Shown piece by piece: positions 53,377 through 64,000 of a stretch of DNA of 64,000 bases. The stretch is taken from the NCBI RefSeq assembly GCF_006345805.1, contig NC_043008.1, forward strand, positions 66,898,001 to 66,962,000. Reading direction: 5' to 3'. The position numbers were made by a program, and so were the translations under genes. Every line of letters starts with the position of its first letter. The stretch's first letter is position 1. The notes beneath the pieces were generated by a model. The model worked only from the letters and a program-made list of their open reading frames with translations, did not search any database and was not told the origin of the DNA. The DNA is from Octopus sinensis. Taxonomy: Eukaryota.

Positions 53377-54897
53377 TAATGGGTTCTCTTGTCGATTTCA
53401 ACATACGAGGATCCTACAGACATTATTTTTCAGTTCTGATGTTCATGTACTTTATAGGAGTCAAATCTGGCCGACGATTTTCTTTGAAGTCCACAGATAG
53501 GACTGAAGATTGTTATATAAAGTAGCTAGCATGTCAGAGCGAGACTGTGTCTTTACTTATTTCTTTACTGCCCACAAGGGGCTACACACAGAGGGGACAA
53601 ACAAGGACAGACAAACGGATTAAGTCGTTTATATCGACCCCAGTGCGTAACTGGTACTTATTTAATCGACTCCGAAAGGATGAAAGGCAAAGTCGACTTC
53701 GGCGGAATTTGAACTCAGAACGTAGCGGCAGATGAAATACCTATTTCTATACTATCCACAAGGGGCTAAACACAGAGGGGACAAACAAGGACAGACAAAC
53801 GGATTAAGTCAATTACATCGACCCCAGTGCCTAACTGGTACTTAATTTATCGACCCCGAAAGGATGAAAGGCAAAGTCGACCTCGGCGGAATTTGAACTC
53901 AGAACGTAGCGACAGACGAAATACCGCTAAGCATTTCGTCCGGTGTGCTAATGTTTCTGCCAGCTTCCCGTCTTTACTCTCAGTTCTTGATGATGATCCA
54001 AATCCATGGTCTTTTAGGGTCTTGTAGAAAGATTAACACTCATTCGTTGCAATTCCCTGCAGTTTTCAAATGTTTTGGGTTAGTGTGAGCTTGTCCATGT
54101 ACTTTTAGCCTCGGTCTTCCTCACCTATTTCTTCCATCATAAGGACTTACACACACAAACACATACACACAAGCAAACACAGTAAAATACACGCATTTTC
54201 TGGTTGAAATACAGATGCAAACACAAGCTTGCATGCGCGTACACTCTTGTTAAAACACATAGAGCCGAACACACGGACACAGAGAGACAACACAGATACA
54301 TACACACACGCTCACACACACATACACGTCCATACACATCTTATTGAAAGCTGATGTTTGAGAATGTCATAAACATGCCACATTCTCATAAACTCATATT
54401 CCTTTATTCCGCATGAATACGTAACTATTTGCTCGGGCTGCTTTTTTTTTTAAGAATGCAGGTGAAACACGCCACGTGACATATTCATCTGTTTGCAAAG
54501 TATGCCTGTGTGTGTGTGGTGTGTGTGTATGTGTGTGTGTGTGTGTGTGTGGTGCGCGAGCGCGCGGTGATAATGGAAGTAAGTAGAAATGTTTACACTG
54601 GTGTTAATAAATACAGAAGAATCGATATTAATATCCAGAATGGTCGATACAGCATACCCATAACTAGTGCAGTATATATGTGCAGGCAGGCCATTGACAG
54701 AAAACGTCTGGTACATATGCATATATAGGTTGTTATATATATATATATATATATATATTGGTAAAAACGGTAAGATAACAAAAGAAAGAAAGAGACCTCA
54801 ATATTATGTAAATAGAGGAAATTTATATATATGTGTATGTGTGTATGTGTTTTACAGAACAAAGTATTACCGATATGTGTATACATGTAATATATAT

Positions 54898-54953
<56 letters not shown>

Positions 54954-55053
54954 GTTAAGGCGGTGCTCCAGCATGGCCGCAGCTTTAAGGCTGAAACATA
55001 TAAAAGAATATATATATATATATATATATAATAGAGGTTGAAGAGTGTGTGTA

Positions 55054-55096
<43 letters not shown>

Positions 55097-55826
55097 TATA
55101 TATACATACATGCATACATACATACATGAATGCATAAGTATATGCAAATATCTAATACACGCATATACCATATACATTGGTATACATTATGCTTATACCT
55201 ACCGGCGCCACATAAAGAGCACCCGTGCCGGTGTCACGTAAAGAGCCCAGTGTTGACACCATGTGAAAAAAAAAACACCCGTGCCAGCACCACGGGGTGA
55301 ACACCCAGTTCACCCTGTAAAGTGTTTGGCATTAGGAAGGACATCTAATTATGCCAAAATAGCTAACTGGTGCCTTGTGCAGCCCTCCAGATTGCTAGCT
55401 CCTGTCAAACCGTCCAATCCATGCCAGCATGGAAAACAGACATTAAATGATGATGATATGTATGCAAATTATGTAGGCCAGAAAGCTGTTCTATTCGGTT
55501 TTTTTCTTCTTATGTCTATGTCCCTTAGTTGCTGGAGGTAGGATGGGACAATTATCACACAGATGACACTGAGGGGTGCAAACAGAAACACGTTCCAGAC
55601 TCTTCCCTTATCTTCAGACAAGAAGCCTGTAATCTCCCTTAATAGGATGTCAACTTTTGAGGATTCTTGAGATTGTCTTTCCGCCTCACACTGAGTTGGT
55701 TTCAACCGTTGTTTAGCAACTGTAACATATCTTCCCGAGGTTGAGATAATTTTGATATATCATGAATTTATATTATATAGTATTTGATATACTTGTATTT
55801 CTCTCACTCACTCTCTCCTTCTTTAT

Positions 55827-55886
<60 letters not shown>

Positions 55887-56787
55887 GTGAGAACATACGT
55901 GCAAAACAAGGTGGGAAAATAGTACTTGAATAGTAAAGGTAGAGTAATATGCTTTTATTAACGTTGCAAAATTATCATAAAAACTGTTATTCAAAGCTTC
56001 ATGTTCCTGTTCGTCAGGCATGGTATATGTAATATTTATTTCTTTACTACCCACAAGGGGCTAAACACAGAGGGGACAAACAAGGACAGACAAAGGGATT
56101 AAGTCGATTATATCGACCCCAGTGCGTAACTGGTACTTAATTTATCGACCCCGAGAGGATGAAAGGCAAAGTCGACCTCGGCGGAATTTGAACTCGGAAC
56201 GTAACGACAGACGAAATACGGCTATATGTAATATTGTGTAATAGATAGTGGAAGCTCGTGTATAGGAACTGCAGCACCCCCTGTTTCCACTCGATATTAT
56301 CGATAACATTCAAAATAACGAGTCCTTTTTTTTCTTTAATTCTTTCTTTCTACTTGTACATTATATAATCTTTAAGCTTAATGTCAGTAGCCATCCCCTA
56401 GTTTATGAAAAAAAAAATCCTTGTGTAGAACTGTGCGCCTCACATTTCCAGCGATGCGGTGTTTGGCTGTTGTGCGCATGCTCACATTTCTGAGATAGGA
56501 AGCTTCACACAAGTGAAAGGGAGCACTGCGAGAACGACAGTGCTGGGTGAAAGGTAATGTTTCTTTTTGACTCCGCGTGTGTTGTGCTTAAAAACATATT
56601 TATATTCTTGAATGTGATAAAGTGTACAACTAGATTATTATCCTGCTTCCAACTTCAATATTGCTGCCAGGATTTGAAAAATAGCCCCACACCACTTATT
56701 TTGTGATTTAGGGAGGATTTTTGAAAAACAAGGGGGAATTAAACTCACTACCCTATACCCTAAAACGCGAACAAATCAAGTTTATGT

Positions 56788-56822
<35 letters not shown>

Positions 56823-56827
<5 letters not shown>

Positions 56828-57989
56828 TTTTCTACATAGGAACCACCCAGAGTTACGCATTTCTCCCATCGTTTGATGCAGCTCTGGAGACCGGTTTTTG
56901 TAGAAGACCCCAGCTTGGTCCTCCAACCACGACGTGACTTCAGAAATCAAGGCTGCATCATCTGGGAAACGCTTTCCTTTCAAAAACAACTTCATGGCTG
57001 GAAAGACGTGAAAATCAGAGGGTGTAAGGTCAGGAGAGGATTTCATAGCCGCACGCCTGTGCTTCTGATCTGGCGACAACTGAGTTGTGGACCGGAGCGT
57101 TGTCCTGCAAGAGGAGGATGCCTTTGCTGATCTTGCCCCGCCTCTTGATTTTGATAGCTTCTCTTAATTTCCTCGAAAGTGAAACATAATAGGCTCCTGT
57201 AATTGTGGTACCCTTTGCCAGGAAATCTGTCATTACTACTCCGTCCTGGTCCCAGAAGACTGTGAGCATGACCTTGCTAGCGGAGGGCTGCACCCTTGCC
57301 TTCTTTGGAGGAGGTGAGTCACGGTGCTTCCACTGCATTGACTAGGCTTTGGTCTCTGGATCATAGTGATGGACCCAGGTTTCATCCTGTGTAATCAGTC
57401 TTTTGAAAAAATTTGACTCATCTTCTTTGCACATCTCCAAATTCATCCTCGAGCACTCGACGCGTTCTTGCTTCTGGAAAGGTGTGAGCAACCTGGGAAT
57501 CCATCTGGCAGACACCTTTTGCATATGCAAATGGTCATGAATGATAGTTTCCACAGACCCGGTACTAATCTTGACCTCATGGGCTATTTGTCTTTTGATG
57601 AGGACAGATGCCTCATCAATGGCAGAAGGGGGAGCTACCAGATTTGGGAGCTGTTTCCACAGAGTTCCGACCATGTTTGTATTCACGATTCCAGCGTTTT
57701 ACAAGGTCATATGATGGGGCATCATCACCATAAGTTACTTTCATTTCATCAAAAGTCTTCTGTGGTGTGCGTCCTTTCAAATACAAAAACCGAATCACTG
57801 CTCGACACTCAACAGGCTCCATTTCACACTTGACTCAGTTCAAACACTTGTAAATCAGAAACCACAATTAGTTCAGAGCTGTAATTTGCCACTTAATCTA
57901 TAGAGATGTAAATTTTTGCACATGCACCATTTCAGCTAGATCAAACAAATGCAAGTGGGTCAGGGGCATTACTTATTGAACGTCCCTCG

Positions 57990-57991
<2 letters not shown>
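56823..57991 (-). mobile_element. Mariner (DD34D-type) transposon with a disrupted transposase
   Basis: Fragments MEPVECRAVIRFL, WIPRLL, ITQDETW, VFWD, LQDNAP and SPDLTPSDF, with frameshifts and an in-frame stop (ETKA*SMQW). TIR-like end ...ttattgaacgtccctcgTA at ~57960-57991. The other end is lost in a TA tract. Confidence 0.93.
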
Positions 57992-58021
<30 letters not shown>

Positions 58022-58277
58022 TGTATGTATGTATGTATGTATGTATGTATGTATGTATGTATGTATATTCTTGCCTTCATAACGCGGAGTAGATGAAACA
58101 GGGACAACTGAAGAAGGGGGATATTCTTTATGTTGTATATTTCATTTCTTTGTTTTTTTTTATTTTATTGTTCGAAAAAAGTTCGTTTCTATGTTTTGTT
58201 TTTACGTTTTCGTTTCTCATTGTGTTCAACGTTTTTTCGATGTCCTGTACCCATATATGCATGTGTATATATATTAT

Positions 58278-58329
<52 letters not shown>

Positions 58330-58491
58330 GTGTGTGTGTGTGTGTGGTGTGTGTGTAGGTATGTACATATATGTATGTATATATGCATGCATATATATAT
58401 ATATATATATAATATATATATATATGTGTGTGGTGTGTGTGTGTGTGTGTGTGTGTGTGTAGGTATGTACATATATGTATGTATATATGCA

Positions 58492-58590
<99 letters not shown>

Positions 58591-59243
58591 TTACGATCGA
58601 ATTAATGGAAGAAAAGAATGTGTTTAAATTATTAGTGTATATGCCTCTTGTAAACATTAGACGAGGGCATTCGTTTTATAAATTCATGAAACAAAAAACC
58701 AGCTCAATTTGGTATTTACAAGAGCGCTAAATGAGGCAGCAGAACGGTAATGATTCAAGATGGCCAATGTACTGCCAACAACCTGAAATTACATCAGACA
58801 CAATGCAAACATGGACACCTATCACTTCTTTGTTCTTTCAACTTTATCAGGCTTTTTGTCGAAACCGGCTTTGTTGTTGTAGTCATTATTGTGAGTGAAG
58901 TCTTTATTGTTGTTGTTGTTTGTCGGCCTCTTCTTTCACCGATTGCTTGCTTTGTTTTTGTTGTTTTAAAGATGGTACGGCAAACTTTTACAGACATTTA
59001 CGTGTGTACAATACAAGAGGGTATATTTGAACAGCAATTAAGTACACCCCTCCACAAAAACATAATGGAGAGATAGATAAGATAAATAAATAGATAGGTA
59101 AGATATATATGTAAAAAAAATAACTAATGTATGTATGTATGTATATATATATATAATATATGTGTGTGTGTGTGTGTATGTATATATATATATTATATAT
59201 ATATATTATATATATATATATATGTGTGTGTGGTGTGTGTATG

Positions 59244-59274
<31 letters not shown>

Positions 59275-59485
59275 ATGTATATATATATATGTGTGTGTGT
59301 GTGTATGTATTATATATATATGTGTATGTATGTATGTATGTATGTATGTATGTATGTATGTATGTATGTATGTATGTATGTATGTATGTATGTATGTATG
59401 TATGTATGTATGTATGTATGTATATATATATTATATATATATATGTGTGTATGTATATATATATATATATATATATGTGTATATG

Positions 59486-59518
<33 letters not shown>

Positions 59519-59555
59519 ATGTATATATATATATATGTGTGTGTGTATATATATA

Positions 59556-59638
<83 letters not shown>

Positions 59639-60513
59639 CGCGGGAGTGGCTGTGTGGTAAGTACCTTGCTTACAAACCACATGGTTCCGGGTTCAGTCTA
59701 CTGGGCAAGTGTCTTTTACTATAGCCTCGGGCCGACCAAGGCCTTGCGAGTGGATTTGGTAGACGGAAACTGAAAGCCCGTCGTATATATGCATATATAT
59801 ATATGTGTGTGTGTGTGTGTTTGTATATGTTTCTGTGTCTGTGTTTGTCCCCCTAACATCGCTTGACAACCGATGCTGGTGTGTTTACGTCCCCGTAACT
59901 TAACGGCAAAAGAGACCGATAGAATAAGTACTAGGATAACAAAGAATAAGTCCTGGGGTCGATTTGCTAGACTAAAGGCAGTGCTCCAGCATGGCTGCAG
60001 ACAAATGACTGAAACAAGTAAAAGAGTAAAAGAGAGAGAGAGTAAGAGTAAAGAGTATATATATACATATATGTAATATATGTGTATGTGTGTATTTACG
60101 CATGTATGATGTATGTATGTATATATGGAAGAAGATAACGTGTTTCAATTATTAGTGTACATATTTGTTGCTGACATTATTGTTGCAATTATCACTTTTT
60201 TTGTTGTTGCTGTGATTCTTGTTCCTCCATTGATGTCTTGAACCGGCAGTTTATGAACTTACATAAACATTCCCCTGTGTACAGCGTGCGTATGCTGCAC
60301 GTGCGCACGAGTTGTGATTGGACAAAACTGCCTAATATTGCATGCATTAACATGCACACATACATTCATGTGTATAAACGTGTGTGTGTATATATATATA
60401 TATAATATATATATATATATATTATATATATATATATATATATACACACACTTATACAAGGGACACATTTATACAAACACATTCTTTTTATGAAAGAAAC
60501 AAAATACTGTGTG

Positions 60514-60555
<42 letters not shown>

Positions 60556-60687
60556 GTATATATGTATATATGCACACACATGCATATATATATATATATT
60601 ATATATATATATATAATGTATATATGTATATATGCACACAGATGCATATATATATATATAATGTATATATGTATATATGCACACACA

Positions 60688-60734
<47 letters not shown>

Positions 60735-62069
60735 ATATGACACATATAAATGCATACATTATATACATACATAAATACACACACACACGCAGACACATAT
60801 AAAGCACTGTCTCAATTATTGAATATGAATCGAAGTGCATGTCGGATGGTAGTCTGGTTAGTTTGTTGGTGATTTTGTAGGTGTGTGAGTGTGTGTGTGT
60901 GTGTGAGTGTCGTAACACTTGTTAATCAATACACACACGCAAACATAAACACACACACACATGCACAAACATAAACACACACGCACACACATTTTCTTTC
61001 TGTATCTTTCTAATGTACCTAAATACAGAGCGACACACGCAAGTACACACACACACACAGGGAATTACATGCACATCCATACGCTTGTATATACATACAT
61101 TCCAATATAAACACATACATAAACGTAGCCATACATACACACACACTCATGCATACAAACATACAAGCACCTCTCCCCCTAAAAAGAAAAGAAAAAGAAT
61201 ACACCAAGTGAATATATGTATTATATATGCATATATGCATGTATGTATTATGAAAGCAAGTATCACTATACTTTATTCTTTTACTGGTTTCAGTCATTGA
61301 ACAACGTTTGATCTTCTGTTGCTGTTATAGTCGTCGTCGCCGTTGCGTTGCTTCTATCTTCTGTGTTTTCTTTCAACAATATAATAGCCTCGTTCAAATG
61401 GAGGCAAGATCATTTGCACAGATAATATAAGAATATACTGCATCTCACTATCTCCCCTTCTTACCCTCTCTCTCTCTCTCTCTCTCTGCAATGTAATAAT
61501 GTTGGATGTCGTCGATGCTATTCATTTCTTTATGGCCAAAAAGGAGGAAGGAAAAGCGGTGCAGATGACCGTTGCCGGACTTCCGATACTGGCAGGAGGA
61601 ACGGAAGAAGCTCATCCCCGAATCAGAAGCCTGGTTTTATTGATTTCAGCAGACTAGATTCTGCTATAGGCAGCCAAAGACCAGGTGACAGTGTGTTGAA
61701 GAGGTAGGCTGATTAAGTCTCTCCAATTATTCACATGCCTGCTTCAGTATATACATCTGTACCTAGGTTCGTATGAACAGTTGCAGTCAATGTTGTTTCT
61801 GTTTTAGTTGTTGCTACCAAATCATCATAAGATCAAAAGCTTGCCAACAACGACCATCTCATCATTTCTTTTCTTTATTTATATTTCAGACGATATATTT
61901 AGGTTTGCCTGATCCAAAATGTACGTCCGTTTCTTATTACGGTCGAGTGTGATTTAAAGGAGATTTAACTGCTATCTCTAGCCGTTCCAGTAGTCGTATG
62001 AAAGTTCTCTGATGGACCATGCTTGGTTAAGCGTATATTACACATGTAACCACAAGGAAGAAATGCAAC

Positions 62070-62320
62070 CTTTAGATGAGGGCATTCGTTTTATAAATTC
62101 ATGGAAGCTACGTCAGTTTGACGATATTTGCAAAAGCATCAAATAAGACAGCAGTATGGAAATAACTCAAGATGGCCACTATGCCAACAACCTGAAATTA
62201 CTTCAGACACGATGCAAACATGCACACTTGTCACTTCTTTGGTCTTCCAGCTTTATCAGAAAGAAATGCAATTGTAGGATACCTACTAATTGCCCCTTAA
62301 ATGTAAATTGTCGTGTAATT
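62070..62320 (+). mobile_element. Penelope-like element relic
   Basis: CNCRIPTNCPLNVNC at 62267-62311 resembles the Cys-rich linker before the PLE GIY-YIG domain. A related upstream block is at ~58660-58850, and a hammerhead lies ~330 bp downstream. Confidence 0.55.
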
Positions 62321-62644
62321 ATATTCATTTATTCTTTTACTTGCTTCAATCATTTGATTGCAGTCATGCTGGAGCACCGCCTTGAAGGGGTGTTAGTCGA
62401 ACAAATAGACCCCAGGATTTTATTTCTTAAGCTTCGTATTCTATCGGTCTCTTCTGCCGAACCGCTATTCTACGGGAACGTAAACACACTAACACCGGTT
62501 GTCAAACGGTGATGGAGAGACAAGCACAGACATAAAGACACACACACGTGTATATATATATATATAACAAACACCATTTTACAGTTTTATTTCAAATTTT
62601 AAAAAAAACTATCATTCGATATATTATAGAATATTCATATTTTA

Positions 62645-62736
62645 TATCTCTGAAGAGCAGAAGAGTTGTCTATAAATGCTTATCAATATAGGATTTCATT
62701 ATCGGGACAACTCTTCTGTGAAACGATCGTAAGATG
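62645..62736 (+). ncRNA. Type I hammerhead ribozyme motif (Penelope-associated)
   Basis: tatct-CTGAAGA-[14-bp stem II gcagaagagttgtc/gacaactcttctgt]-GAAAC-gatc-GTA-agatg. Stem I pairs and stem III is palindromic (ACGATCGT). Confidence 0.85.
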
Positions 62737-62936
62737 CTTTATCTAATTAATTCAAAACTTTTAAACTACCAAATTTATTTATACATTATATTTTTATAGA
62801 TATTTACATATGTTTTTATATATATTTATTTATTTATTTATATATATTTTAATACAATAAGTATTTTCACATGGGTATATCTTTATGAGGAGTTTGGATA
62901 TTAATTTCCTTATATTAATAATAAGGATATATTATT

Positions 62937-62983
<47 letters not shown>

Positions 62984-63894
62984 ACGCACAAACACGATGG
63001 GTTTCTTTCAGATTCTGTCTACCAAATCCACTCACAAGGCTTTGGTCAGCCCGAGGCTATAGTAGAAGACACTTACCGAAGGTGACACGCAGTGGAACTG
63101 AACCCGAAACAATGTGGTTAGCACGCCTGCGCTTATGTGGTTTATAAATGCAGTATCTTTAACAAATAACAGAACGCCACTAAAATATATATCGGTGTCA
63201 CGGTTAGATTTAAACGTCGATATTGAGTTTACCTTAGCTCATTTACTTCCACAAAATGCAATAATCCTACCTCAGAAGGTAACCAACCACATACATAACC
63301 TAAAAGATAATAGCATACCATGTAGTATTATTTGATCTATCATCAATACTGGATGATATCAAAGAAATATCAAAGAAATAATGACCCGTGCAATTTATCT
63401 TCGAAAAAATCGAACATAAATGTAGGTTTAAAGCATAAGCCTCCATTACCTATTGAACTGCCAGGGTGAAGCTTTTATCACTCGCGTTCACCGATTCTTC
63501 AGAACTTTCCGATTTTATCATAACTAAGTATTGTGTATCGACTCTACGCAGCTAATACCCGTATGACTACTAGGTTCCTTAACTAAAATGCCATACGCTT
63601 TCTTCACTTACATTAAACTATACTTGATCATTATTTTCTTATTTGCATTTTGGACGTCTTTAATTACTATGTCTCTTAATTCAATAACTTAGCAGACACG
63701 ATTGTGCAAACTTCTTACATTAATTAAATCATACTTCATCATTATATATCCAAGGCCATCGAAATTCCGATGTCGTCAAATGTTTTTAAATTACTATAAT
63801 TATTACTAATTAGTTACAATACATGCTATTCAGTATGTATATATACTTCAGTATGTATATATCAAGTATGTACAAATATGTAATAATAATAATA

Positions 63895-63932
<38 letters not shown>

Positions 63933-64000
63933 GACAAGATGAAGAGCGCGATGCGATTGCAATAGATAGATATTTTATTGGTTCAACCAATAAAATATTC

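Overview
AT-rich, microsatellite-dense eukaryotic DNA. The SINE families and (TA/CA) tracts look like a coleoid cephalopod, probably Octopus (inference). Most of the window is intronic or intergenic. I can support one host coding exon: a minus-strand Cys-loop ligand-gated ion channel exon (nAChR alpha-type, alpha9/10-like M2) at 36392-36939. Its loop C is atypical, and a partial duplicate of its 3' end lies about 140 bp downstream. The rest is repeats: several tRNA-derived SINE families, mariner and DD37D-like transposase relics, RTE and RLE LINE fragments, piggyBac-type MITEs, a solo LTR with a 4-bp TSD and Penelope-like relics. The clearest hidden structure is about 11 hammerhead-ribozyme motifs, intact to degenerate. 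At three loci they form outward-facing pairs around a fold-back, including a ~3.3 kb imperfect palindrome at 21678-25016. Also seen are a tRNA-like cloverleaf at the centre of a palindromic element and a CpG-density step with promoter-like motifs near 45.6 kb. Nearly all ORFs in the supplied track are microsatellite or SINE artefacts. All folds and alignments were done by eye.
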